DNA of 64,000 bases. Source: Cloacimonetes bacterium UBA5835. GTDB lineage: Bacteria; Cloacimonadota; Cloacimonadia; Cloacimonadales; Cloacimonadaceae. The position numbers and the translations under genes were made by a program. Of this stretch, positions 20,540 to 30,900 are shown piece by piece; within the stretch, counting starts at the first letter, position 1, and every line of letters begins with the position of its first letter. The DNA is taken from contig DJGX01000033.1 in NCBI GenBank assembly GCA_002432865.1, positions 4,122 to 68,121 of the forward strand, written 5' to 3'. The notes below the pieces were generated by a model that saw nothing but the letters and a program-made list of their open reading frames with translations, did no database searches and had not been told where the DNA came from.

Positions 20540-21358
20540 TTACTTGATATTTATAAAACCTTGTTCTACAACAATCTTTTGTCCACGATCACTTTGAATA
20601 AAACCGATATAGTTAGCAACAATGCCTTTTGCTTTGCCATTAGTGTACATATACAGTTTTCGGGAAAGAGGATAACTGTTATTTTTAACAGTAAGTTCTG
20701 AAGGTGTAACTTTATTTACACTAAGTAGTTTAGCATTATCATTTAAATAGCCCAGACCCACATATCCAATAGCTCCAGGGGTGTTACTTACTGCACTGAT
20801 AACTGCATTATTGGAAGCCAGTAATTGTGCACTACCAATTACTTTTGCTCCTGCTAATACTTTGTCGTTAAATACTTCATAAGTCCCAGAAGCAACATCG
20901 CGAGAAATAACTACTATGGGTACATTTGCTCCTCCTAACTCCTTCCAATTTATAATGTTACCTGTATATATATCTTTTATTTGCTTAATTGATAGGTTGT
21001 TCAACAAATTACTATTGTGCACAACAATGGTAATAGCGTCGTTGGCGATAGCATAAGGAATTGGGTTTATCCCTTTTGCTTTAGCGGTTGATATTTCCTT
21101 GGATTTTAGTGGCCTACTGGAATTGCATATATCGGTAGTTTTATTTTGCAAAGAAGCAATTCCTACTCCAGAGCCACCTCCTCTAACTGAAATATTGATT
21201 TCTGCGTGATTATTCATAAAGACCTCTGCAGTTGCTTGAGCAATTGGCAAAACCGTAGTTGAACCTGTGCAAGTTATTTGATTTTTCGTTTCTGCATTTA
21301 AACTAAATGCAAGTAACATCATTAACATTGGAGCGACAGACTTGATTATTGACTTCAT
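20540..21358 (-). CDS. pstS: Phosphate ABC transporter substrate-binding protein
   Basis: Signal peptide, GSTTV, GGGSGVG, SSRPL, RDVASGT, IGYVGLG. Confidence 0.93.
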   Translation of the reverse strand: MKSIIKSVAPMLMMLLAFSLNAETKNQITCTGSTTVLPIAQATAEVFMNNHAEINISVRGGGSGVGIASLQNKTTDICNSSRPLKSKEISTAKAKGINPIPYAIANDAITIVVHNSNLLNNLSIKQIKDIYTGNIINWKELGGANVPIVVISRDVASGTYEVFNDKVLAGAKVIGSAQLLASNNAVISAVSNTPGAIGYVGLGYLNDNAKLLSVNKVTPSELTVKNNSYPLSRKLYMYTNGKAKGIVANYIGFIQSDRGQKIVVEQGFINIK

Positions 21359-21376
21359 TTTTTAGCTCCTTTATGC

Positions 21377-22585
21377 TTATAAAATGTTGGCAAATTTCCA
21401 TTTTAGTTGTAAAATGATTTGTGAAGAATCCCTTCTACCATTTGCATAGTCGCTGTGAGATTTATCTTCATCGTAGTTTTTATCAATATAATTTAATTGT
21501 AATTGCATAACAGGCGTATATGTTTCATCTGGCATAAAATTATAATTAACACCAATTGTAGAAGCGATTACTTTATTTCTTGCTTTGTCAGTTTCAATTC
21601 TATCCGATTCATCCCATATATCATATCCACCAACCAGCTGAAGATCGTATTTCACAAAATCCTTCAAATTTAGTATAGGGAATATTGATATTCCTCTGGC
21701 TGTATATTCTTTAGTATTATTGCTATCAGAAAGATTAGGATAATCAACCTTTTTTATGATACATTCACTGATCAGATTTACGGGGCCATATGCCAAACAG
21801 GTATATATATCCATTAGCTGTTGCTTTTCATAAGATGGATTTGTGACTTCTCCATTCAAATCCTTGTCCCTTCCTACTGTGTTATACATATAGGAACCAC
21901 CAACTGTTAAACCAGTTATGGGGGTAATACGCAAATTACCTAAATAGGCAAAATCAGTATTGTCTTTTAGATTGGTACCTACTTTTTTGTATCCTTCGCC
22001 GTTATAAATACCAAAAGCATATTCTCCATAACCAGAAGGAAGATAACCATTTACAGTAATTCCCAAGTCCGCAGAATTGACTACTTTATGTTCATCGGAA
22101 GGGGCTTTGCTTACTAAAGTGTAGTTCCAGTCATAAATACTACCAAAATACACTTTTTGCATTCCCGCAGTTAATGAAAGATCTTTAATTGGAATCAAAC
22201 CACCAAAATCAACATAGGCATATTTTATTTTTAGTCCTACACCATCAATACTTCCAGATTTTGAGGAAGATATCAGAGTACTGTCCTCTAAAGAATAGGT
22301 TTGATATTCATAGGTCTTATCAGTTGTAAAAACATCAACTGTAAAACGCCCTTTTACTTGATCAATAAATTTGGTTTCCAAGCCTAGATATCCCCTTTCC
22401 AGTGAAAAATAATTGTTAACTAATTTATCCTCATAATTGCCATTACTGTCTTTCCGTTTGGCTATTTCGGAAAGCCAGCGTCCCCAAAATTCTCCGCTCA
22501 ATTTGGTTTCTAATCCATTTAATCCGAATGGGATTATAAGCAATCCCATACAAACAAGCTTTTGCATCAAACTCAGCTGTTTCAT
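21377..22585 (-). CDS. Putative outer-membrane porin, first gene of the pst operon
   Basis: Signal peptide, alternating beta-strand pattern, IKYAYVDF, GIYNGEG, C-terminal LQLKWKF strand. Confidence 0.65.
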   Translation of the reverse strand: MKQLSLMQKLVCMGLLIIPFGLNGLETKLSGEFWGRWLSEIAKRKDSNGNYEDKLVNNYFSLERGYLGLETKFIDQVKGRFTVDVFTTDKTYEYQTYSLEDSTLISSSKSGSIDGVGLKIKYAYVDFGGLIPIKDLSLTAGMQKVYFGSIYDWNYTLVSKAPSDEHKVVNSADLGITVNGYLPSGYGEYAFGIYNGEGYKKVGTNLKDNTDFAYLGNLRITPITGLTVGGSYMYNTVGRDKDLNGEVTNPSYEKQQLMDIYTCLAYGPVNLISECIIKKVDYPNLSDSNNTKEYTARGISIFPILNLKDFVKYDLQLVGGYDIWDESDRIETDKARNKVIASTIGVNYNFMPDETYTPVMQLQLNYIDKNYDEDKSHSDYANGRRDSSQIILQLKWKFANIL

Positions 22586-22640
22586 TTTATCTCCTTACCA
22601 CTTTTTGGCTTTCGCCTCTATATTACTTATACTCTTTTAA

Positions 22641-22700
22641 TGTTAAGATTTTATAAGGTGAGCGTTAATTTTTCTTTACATTCTATTAAGCTTGTTTTAC
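22641..22700 (-). promoter_or_regulatory. Candidate Pho-box-like direct-repeat array upstream of porin-pst operon
   Basis: Hexamers at about 11-bp spacing on the minus strand: TTAACA, TTATAA, TTAACG, GTAAAG, TTAATA, GTAAAA (plus-strand starts 22641, 22651, 22663, 22674, 22684, 22695). Confidence 0.4.
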
Positions 22701-22928
22701 TATACCTCAATATTGGGGAATAACGAATCCAAGTTTTGTTACCTTCTCATGATATGAACTAGATTGGGATGAAATATTAGGATGTTGTTCTCATTTTTTC
22801 CTTTCTAAATAGATCGATTATGGCATATTTATAATACTTAATGGACATTTTAATTGCGGAAGTTAAAAAAAATCTGGACAATAAATGCTGCTTTCAGGAA
22901 ATGAGTCAAAACAATATTTGGAGACATA

Positions 22929-23528
22929 ATGAAAAAAGGACACATTATCTTACTCGTTGTCATTCTGCTGATTATAATACTTGCAGGATGGTTTATCGGG
23001 CGTTACAATACAATTCAAAAAGAAAAAGTGAATGTAGAAACTGCCTGGGCTCAGGTACAAAATGTTTATCAAACTCGCTATGATCTTATTCCTAATTTAG
23101 TGGAAACAGTTCAGGGCGCAGCTAATTTTGAAAAGTCAACCTTAACTCAAGTTACGGAAGCTCGTTCAAGAGCTGGTGGGAATATAAATCTTACTTCTGA
23201 ATCCTTAACAGATCCTCAGGCATTTCAAGCATTTCAACAAAGTCAAGCAGGTCTTAGTGATGCTCTTTCTCGTTTAATGGTAGTTGTAGAACGCTATCCA
23301 GAGCTTAAAGCAAATCAAAACTTCTTAACTTTTCAAGCTCAGCTGGAAGGTATTGAAAATCGGATTAGAACAGAAAGAATGCGTTATAACGATTCAGCAA
23401 AGAAATTCAATCAGTTAATTGTAACTTTCCCAAATAATATCATTGCCAGCATAATAAAAGTAAAACCATTTCAATTCTTCCAAGCAGAAGATAGCGCTCA
23501 GAAAGCTCCTAAAGTTCAATTTGACTAA
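22929..23528 (+). CDS. lemA: LemA family protein
   Basis: N-terminal TM, YQTRYDLIPNLV, ERYPELKAN, ENRI..R..YN, FPNNIIA. Confidence 0.93.
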   Translation: MKKGHIILLVVILLIIILAGWFIGRYNTIQKEKVNVETAWAQVQNVYQTRYDLIPNLVETVQGAANFEKSTLTQVTEARSRAGGNINLTSESLTDPQAFQAFQQSQAGLSDALSRLMVVVERYPELKANQNFLTFQAQLEGIENRIRTERMRYNDSAKKFNQLIVTFPNNIIASIIKVKPFQFFQAEDSAQKAPKVQFD

Positions 23529-23781
23529 ATATTTTGATTCTCCGGAACGCTATTTGCTTTATTGCATAGTTGGCTGTATTAGCTGTGAAAAAAATTGAAG
23601 TTTAGAGTGTAAACCCCACATTTTACTGTATTAAGTAGAAATATTCTTACACTTTACAGAAGCAGAGACACCAATGAATCAATATGGTTTATGTGTCCAC
23701 CAGTTAAAATATTATTGGACATATTACTAAAAAAGATTATATTATATGAGAATGCACCCAAAAAATAAGTGAGGTCCCAAA

Positions 23782-24606
23782 ATGCCAGTTGTTGTAAGCG
23801 TAGCAAAACTTATAACCGATTTTATAACACCGGAAAAGATTAGTTTAGCTATCAGAGTTGTTCTAATATTGGTAATTGGAATACCTATAGTTAGATTAAT
23901 TAGGGCTATTACCAAAAAGATTGTGAAAGACCGTCTTTCACCTCAAAGCGAACAATTAGTTATTCGTACCGTATATTATATAGCTGTTCTGATTTTACTG
24001 GTAACGCTGTTAAACGAATTTGGTTTCCATCTTTCAGCTATTTTAGGGGCAGCTGGTATTTTTGGAGTAGCTATTGGTTTTGCATCGCAAACTAGTTTTT
24101 CCAATATAATCAGTGGTATATTTTTAATTTCGGAAAAGCCATTTAAGGTGGGAGATGTAGTCCAAGTTAGTTCCAATATTGGAACAATTGAATCCATAGA
24201 TCTTTTATCAATAAAGCTGAAAACATCAGATAACCGTTTTATTCGAGTTCCAAATGAAACGATGATAAAAACTGAAGTCATCAACATAACACGATATCCT
24301 ATCAGGCGGGCAGATGTTAATATAACGGTTAGTTATAGTGATGATCTGCAAAAAGTTAGGGATGTACTCTTAGATATTGTAAAAAATGAGCCTCAGGCAT
24401 TAACGGATCCAGCACCTTTGTTTTTGGTTGATAAATTCGCTGATTCCGGAATTAATATACTTTTCGGAGTCTGGTCTAAGAGAGAAGATCTCTTTGATTT
24501 AAAAACATCTTTAATGATCGCTATTAAAGAAAGGTTTAAACAAGAAAATATCGAAATTCCGTTCCCTCACATCTTAATTGCTAATGCAGAGGATATTAAG
24601 TGTTAA
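23782..24606 (+). CDS. mscS: Small-conductance mechanosensitive channel
   Basis: AIGFASQ..SNIISG, EKPFKVGD, IEIPFP. Confidence 0.9.
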   Translation: MPVVVSVAKLITDFITPEKISLAIRVVLILVIGIPIVRLIRAITKKIVKDRLSPQSEQLVIRTVYYIAVLILLVTLLNEFGFHLSAILGAAGIFGVAIGFASQTSFSNIISGIFLISEKPFKVGDVVQVSSNIGTIESIDLLSIKLKTSDNRFIRVPNETMIKTEVINITRYPIRRADVNITVSYSDDLQKVRDVLLDIVKNEPQALTDPAPLFLVDKFADSGINILFGVWSKREDLFDLKTSLMIAIKERFKQENIEIPFPHILIANAEDIKC

Positions 24607-24643
24607 CCTATATCTTCAAACTAAATAAAAAAGGAAGTGTATA

Positions 24644-25348
24644 ATGAGTGACAAACCTCAAATTAAAGCCATTATCTTTGATCTTGATGGCACTTTAATC
24701 GATAGCATAGTAGATATTGCCAATGCAATGAATGCTTCTTTGAAAGAACTTGGCTACCCGGAACATCCGGTAGAGGCCTATAAGAGTTTTATCGGAGATG
24801 GCCAGATGGAGTTGGCAAGAAAAGTTCTGCCTGAAGATAAAAGGACCCCTGAAAATATTGATGCCCTTGCCAAAAAGTATTGGGATAATTACGATATTGA
24901 ATGGTATCTTCATACCAATATATTTTCTGGAGTATTATATCTGATTCAACTTGCCGTTGCTCGTAAAATCAAACTGGCTATTTTATCCAATAAACCCCAC
25001 TATTTTACAAAAAAGATGATTCGCCATTTCTTCAGGGGTGCGATGATCCGTCATACTAAAAATCCGTTTGGCGTTTATAGCGGTGAAGAACCTGATAGGC
25101 CCAGAAAACCAGACCCCACAGTAGCTTTAGAATTAGCGGAAAGAATGAAAGTAAAGCCAAAATACTGTGCTATAGTCGGCGATAGCGTAGTTGATATTAA
25201 AACAGCTAAAAATGCAGGTATGATTGCTATAGGCGCTTCCTGGGGTTATGGGAATAAAAAAGACCTTCAAGAAGTAGGAGCTGATTTGATTTTTGATAGC
25301 CCTACTCAAATGTCTGCCTATTTGGATTCACTACCTCTTTGTCTATGA
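24644..25348 (+). CDS. HAD-family hydrolase (phosphoglycolate phosphatase-like)
   Basis: [23 protein letters not shown]. Confidence 0.9.
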   Translation: MSDKPQIKAIIFDLDGTLIDSIVDIANAMNASLKELGYPEHPVEAYKSFIGDGQMELARKVLPEDKRTPENIDALAKKYWDNYDIEWYLHTNIFSGVLYLIQLAVARKIKLAILSNKPHYFTKKMIRHFFRGAMIRHTKNPFGVYSGEEPDRPRKPDPTVALELAERMKVKPKYCAIVGDSVVDIKTAKNAGMIAIGASWGYGNKKDLQEVGADLIFDSPTQMSAYLDSLPLCL

Positions 25349-25761
25349 AGAGTTATCGAAAAGAACTGCATATTCGAACTGATAAACGCAGGGATTATAT
25401 AAATATAACCCCAGAGGTAAGAAGTGTTCTACACGAAAGTGGGATAAAAGAGGGTTTATGCCTGGTTAATTCTATGCATATTACTTCCTCTGTATTCATC
25501 AATGATGATGAACAAGGTCTGCACTCAGATTTTGAGATATGGCTGGAGAAATTAGCCCCCGAAAAACCTCATTCCCAATATCACCATAACGGTTTTGAAG
25601 ATAATGCTGATGCACATTTGAAAAGACAGATTATGGGGAGGGAAGTTGTGGTTGCCGTTTCCAACGGTGAACTCGATTTTGGGCACTGGGAACAGATTTT
25701 CTACGGTGAATTTGACGGTATGCGAGATAAACGGGTTCTGATAAAAATTATTGGAGAATAG
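25345..25761 (+). CDS. yjbQ: YjbQ/UPF0047 family protein
   Basis: [32 protein letters not shown] overlap at 25345. Confidence 0.9.
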   Translation: MKSYRKELHIRTDKRRDYINITPEVRSVLHESGIKEGLCLVNSMHITSSVFINDDEQGLHSDFEIWLEKLAPEKPHSQYHHNGFEDNADAHLKRQIMGREVVVAVSNGELDFGHWEQIFYGEFDGMRDKRVLIKIIGE

Positions 25762-25827
25762 CACAGAATAATTTGGAAAGAAAAAGCAATCCTATGCTTT
25801 CCCAACAATCCTAATATTATAAACACT

Positions 25828-25854
25828 AAAGCCCGGTATTATAAACCGGGCTTT
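25828..25854. terminator. Bidirectional intrinsic terminator between convergent genes
   Basis: aaagcccggt-attataa-accgggcttt. Confidence 0.85.
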
Positions 25855-25862
25855 AATTTAAT

Positions 25863-26486
25863 TTATTTGAAAAAGTAGTATAACCCTGTTTGAGGTATGT
25901 ACATTACAATTTCACTATCCTCATCAATTGTAATAGGTAATTCTAAAACCCAGTGGAAGTTTTGCCCGATATCAAAATCAAAACCTAAACCAAACCCAAA
26001 ATAGTAAGCATATTTATTATCCCATTTTTTCCTTTCAGGATGGTCTAATATCCGCACATAATAATTATTGGAACTTCGCCGATAATCAACTTCAAATTGC
26101 CTAATCCGAGAGTATATTAAAGAGCCACCCCCGAATGCATAAAATCTACCTATATTGTTATTAGCAAGAGTATGTAAATAATTCATAGATGTACTGATAG
26201 TGGTTTTTCGTCCATTTTCTGTTTTTGTTATTTCAGAAGCACCACCATAATAACCATATAACTCGTAATCAATATCTTTCGAGCCAGTAGTCATACCCCC
26301 CAAAACAATTTGTAAACCACATTTTTCCCAATAGTTCCTATACGCAAAGCCATTTCCTGATAAAGTTCCAAATTGGAAGCCCATACCTGTATCTCTGTTG
26401 ATTTCTTTTTGCTCTGTTTCCTTAGTTATCGCTTCCATACTAAAAAAGCAGAGCATAACTAAAACGATTAATAAGTATTTCTTCAT
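25863..26486 (-). CDS. Exported hypothetical protein, probable small outer-membrane beta-barrel
   Basis: AGGAG RBS supports ATG at 26486 (MKKYLLIV...). Signal peptide, Gly/aromatic strands, ends GLYYFFK. Confidence 0.6.
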   Translation of the reverse strand: MKKYLLIVLVMLCFFSMEAITKETEQKEINRDTGMGFQFGTLSGNGFAYRNYWEKCGLQIVLGGMTTGSKDIDYELYGYYGGASEITKTENGRKTTISTSMNYLHTLANNNIGRFYAFGGGSLIYSRIRQFEVDYRRSSNNYYVRILDHPERKKWDNKYAYYFGFGLGFDFDIGQNFHWVLELPITIDEDSEIVMYIPQTGLYYFFK

Positions 26487-26877
26487 TTTCACTCCTTCAT
26501 TTTCATCTCTTTGATAAGACACTGTATGGATAATTTAACCTAATCTTGCTCATTAGCAAATTTTTTTCTGTAGCTTTTTAGTTTTTACATAGTAGTTCAT
26601 TAAGCTAATCAGTCCTTAGTTCTTGACAGCTGAATCGTATTGATATTTATGACTCTGTAAGAGGATTAAGAATGAAAAGCAACCTGTTAATGCTGCACAG
26701 ACAAACAGCCATACAATTAAATTATTTATCAAAGTGGATTCCGTATTCTATGCGGGAAGACAATCACTTACATAGTAACCAATTATGCTTTTTCATTTGC
26801 GTACAGACAGCAAACCAATGAATATAACATTCTAAATTGAAAGAATATAATATAATTAAGAGGATATAAGGACTTTA

Positions 26878-27936
26878 ATGATGAAAATTGCCCATATTGT
26901 AGGAGCCAGACCTCAATTTATAAAACTCGCTCCACTATCCCGAAAAATTAGACAGCGCCATCAAGAAATTATTATTCATAGTGGCCAGCATTACGACCTT
27001 CAAATGAATGAGGTTTTTTTCCGTGATATGGAAATTCCAGCTCCGGATTACAATTTAAATGTTGGATCCGGAAGTCAGGCAACTCAAACCGCAGCTATTT
27101 TAACCGCCATAGAGCGAATTTTAGAAAATGAGAAACCAGATTTGGTCATTATTTATGGAGATACAAATACAACCCTTGCAGGAGCTTTAGCAGCAGCAAA
27201 ACTAAATATAAAAATTGCTCATATAGAGGCTTGTTTACGAAGTTTTAATAAAAGTATGCCAGAAGAAGTAAATAGAATTGTTGCGGATCATCTAAGTGAT
27301 ATCTTATTTGCACCCACGGAAACTGCAATGCAAAATGCACACAAAGAAGGTCTGCTAAATAAGACTTTTCAGGTTGGTGATATAATGGTAGATTCACTTA
27401 TATTTGGGATAAAGAAAGCAGAAAAGGAATCCAAAGTTTTATCTACTTTGCAATTGGAAGATGAAAACTACTGTCTGTTAACTTTGCATCGTCCTTACAA
27501 TGTAGATAATCCTGATAACTTATTACATATTCTATCAGGACTCAATACCTTGCAAAGAAAAATTATTTTTCCAGTTCATCCTCGCACTCGCAATATTCTG
27601 AAAAAAATAAAGGATAATCATTATCATCATATTCACTATATAGAACCCCAAGCTTATCTGGATTTTTTGTTGTTGATGAAGAATGCCGATATGATTTTTA
27701 CTGATTCTGGGGGAATTCAAAAAGAAGCATATATCTTGAAAAAGCCTTGTGTAACTCTTCGTCCTGAAACAGAATGGTTGGAAACGGTTCAAAGCGGTTG
27801 GAATTTGCTTTTACCAGTTGCTTCTAAAGACTTCCCTAATGAAATCAACAAGTTTACACCTCCCTCAGAGCATCCTGATCTTTTTGGTAAAGATGTAGCT
27901 GAGCTAATTCTACAGACCCTTGAAACCTTCTTATAG
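26878..27936 (+). CDS. wecB: UDP-N-acetylglucosamine 2-epimerase (non-hydrolysing)
   Basis: VGARPQFIK, HSGQHYD, GDTNT, PEEVNR, TLHRP, DSGGIQKEA. Confidence 0.93.
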   Translation: MMKIAHIVGARPQFIKLAPLSRKIRQRHQEIIIHSGQHYDLQMNEVFFRDMEIPAPDYNLNVGSGSQATQTAAILTAIERILENEKPDLVIIYGDTNTTLAGALAAAKLNIKIAHIEACLRSFNKSMPEEVNRIVADHLSDILFAPTETAMQNAHKEGLLNKTFQVGDIMVDSLIFGIKKAEKESKVLSTLQLEDENYCLLTLHRPYNVDNPDNLLHILSGLNTLQRKIIFPVHPRTRNILKKIKDNHYHHIHYIEPQAYLDFLLLMKNADMIFTDSGGIQKEAYILKKPCVTLRPETEWLETVQSGWNLLLPVASKDFPNEINKFTPPSEHPDLFGKDVAELILQTLETFL

Positions 27937-27939
27937 CTT

Positions 27940-30900
27940 TCACCGGGGATTTACAGTTCGTTGAGCTACTACTTTATAAAACTGTTTATTCTCACTTGCC
28001 AGTGTGATAAAAAAGGTCTCAGAAGTTGAACCAACAAGATTGTATGTCCCATCTGGAGTATCACAAGCATAAAATAGATAATTATTGGCATTATTAACAG
28101 CATTCCAATAAATTCTAATAGATGATCCTTGAATCTGCATTTGCGCTTGAGGTGAATTTAAATGAGGAACATACATTCCCACTATCATAAATGGATCTTG
28201 AGCTCCACAAAGAGGAGCAGAAACATTGCGATTACTGATATCCGTTGCTGAAATCCAGTAAAATAGTGTATCACCAATCAGCGGAGCATCAAGATTGCAA
28301 ATCCAATTATCGTTATTCTGATATATCAGGTTGCTGCTACTCCAGGTTCCGTTTTGCCCTATTTTCCAGAAAACATAAGTTGCGTTTAGGTTTAGAGAGT
28401 AACTATGGTGGATCTTTATATTAACAGGAAGTTCTTGTAAAAGAGGAGATGGAATTGGAGGAGTTAATTTTACAGAGAGCATCTGTTTATCAAAAATAGT
28501 GTTAACTCGACAGTGTAAAGCATCTGTAGATTCAAAAGAACTATATGTATAACCTGTTATAGTGTATCCAGGCATAGCATATTGATAAGTTAATAATGCT
28601 GCTGAATCATTTGCTGTTCCCATTAAAGGCACATAGATTTGCTTATTTAAAATGTAAGAATTGATATATGGCTCATTATTGGGAGTATCAATTCTATATA
28701 TTCTATAAGGAGTGCCATAACTGGATAGTGTACTTTGCCATTGAGTTACAATTGTTTCGATAGCATTGTATTGAGGATGGTTTGTTGGAACCCTAATAAT
28801 TAAAACCTTATCTACATCAAGGAGTTTTGCCCAACAATCAATATGATCTATATATGTATTAGTTGGATCTTCAAACAGCTGGTATTCTGTAATCCCAAGA
28901 TAAGAATTCATCATCTGATTGATAGAGCTCTGAGATAATGAAGGATTTTCTGTTAGAACCAAATTCGTGCTCATCGCTTTACCTTGACCGTCAGTTATAA
29001 TGTTTCCCCCAGTATGAGTTAGATTCATCTGATATAAATTTACTCCTAAATAATTGGCTATCGCAGAAGGCACAATATCATCGTTGGGACATGGACGATT
29101 GTAGGTAAAATCTACCAGCTGTAAATTGTTACTGGAATCCATAATTGTCCAGGGGCCATAATCCCTTATCCAGTATGAATCACTGCTGGTGTTTATATAA
29201 CGCACATTAGCCATATTCACCCCATTGGAAGTGAGAACAGAATTACAGGATTGTTGTAATGAATTAGATACTATTATATACAACAAGCCATTATTAGATA
29301 TATCTGCGATAAAAGAGTAAGGTAAACCAATAGGATAACGAATAATTGCTCCTTGTGCAGGTTCCCATTCAGCTACAAAACGAGGTTGTATAGGAATGGG
29401 ATTATATATCTGCTGTAAGGAACCTATATATGTAACTCTATTGAAGGCTGTTACCGTTATTGTATATGTAAATTCTCCTACAGGAGAATTATCTAAATCA
29501 ACCACTGCTATTCCATTGCTGTTAGTTGTAGCAATGCCATAGATTGTTTCAAAATTAGTTATTGATACAAGAGCGTTTGATACACCTGTTGAGACAGTAA
29601 TACTATTAGTTCCAGAAGTTATAGACATAGGGTAGCTAACAAACATTGCTAAGGGAGTTTTGGATCTAACTTGTAGAGACGCATCGCCGAAAATATTCCA
29701 GGTTCTGAACATATTAACTCCATCGCTTCTATAAGCATCCATCATTTTACAGGAACCGTTGTAGTATAAACCTCCTAAAGTTGTATGCGCTTCACTTGTT
29801 AAGAGGTCTGTAACTTCATCCTGGGCACACATAGGAGAATTCCAAGATTGATTTATTGAGCTGGCATAAATTCCAACAGCTCCCCCATTTTCATTGCGCA
29901 TCCAAGCCTCTGCAAAACAGGTGATAGAAACAAAATTTCCATTCACGCAAGCCACATCCATAATGAAGGGAGTTTTATTTCCGTTAGTTAATGCTAATAC
30001 ATTGGAATTATTAAAACCAGTAGTACTCCAGGAAGTATTTGAACCATGCCCTACATAGTTAATAAAACCACGCCCAGAATTTACACTTGAAGAAACAATA
30101 GAAGCAGGTGCTCCCGGATCATAAATCTGGTCAACACTACTATATCCATAATTTAACAGGTCTGTCCGAATTAGATTCATATGGGTTATATCACTTTCGC
30201 CATTATCACCTAAGGAACCTCCTCCTTCTGCTGAAGCGATTCCAATTGCTTCTGAAAGCCAGGTTGCCGTAGTGTTCAAATCTCTTTCATATTGAATAGA
30301 TTTATTAACTTGCGCTGTTAATTCTGCTGCTGTTTCTGCAGAAAATCTTCCAATAAAGATATCAGGATAATTATCGCTACCAGCTACTAAAGAAAAACTG
30401 GGATCACTACCTCCTCCTGCATAAAATAATGTAGGTATATATGGTACATCGCCTACCAATTGTACATAAGTTATATCATTATCGATGTTATAGCGGCTCT
30501 GGATATATGTCTTTAGTTGATCGGCAGTTGTACCTATAGAGCCGAACTCAATTAGTTCCGTATCTATCCCTTTTTGCCTTTTCCAAGCAACATAAGGAGC
30601 TATTTGATTTAGGTAGTTTGCATTACAAATAACCAGGATCTTCCCGAAATTATCATCTACCGATATATAGCGTTCCCTGCTCCAATTCAAAAATTGATTT
30701 TCGTAAATATGGTAAAAACTGCGAGAAATAGAAGCTCTGGAACGACTGATAATATTAATACTATCAGTTCCCTGTACATATACCCGCACTTTAAACGAAG
30801 TGTAAACTCGTAAAATACCGCTAACCGAATTGTAAGCAAAGGGATTAGCTAAAATCGTAATCCCTCGGAAATCCCTTAAAATATAGGGTTCAGATAAAGT

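Noticed and set aside
22841-23083. 80-aa ORF overlapping the lemA start
   Set aside because: Overlaps lemA out of frame by 155 nt; no family features.
26672-26821. 49-codon ORF with GAGG upstream, before wecB
   Set aside because: No recognisable motif or coding-like composition; cannot be supported without homologues.
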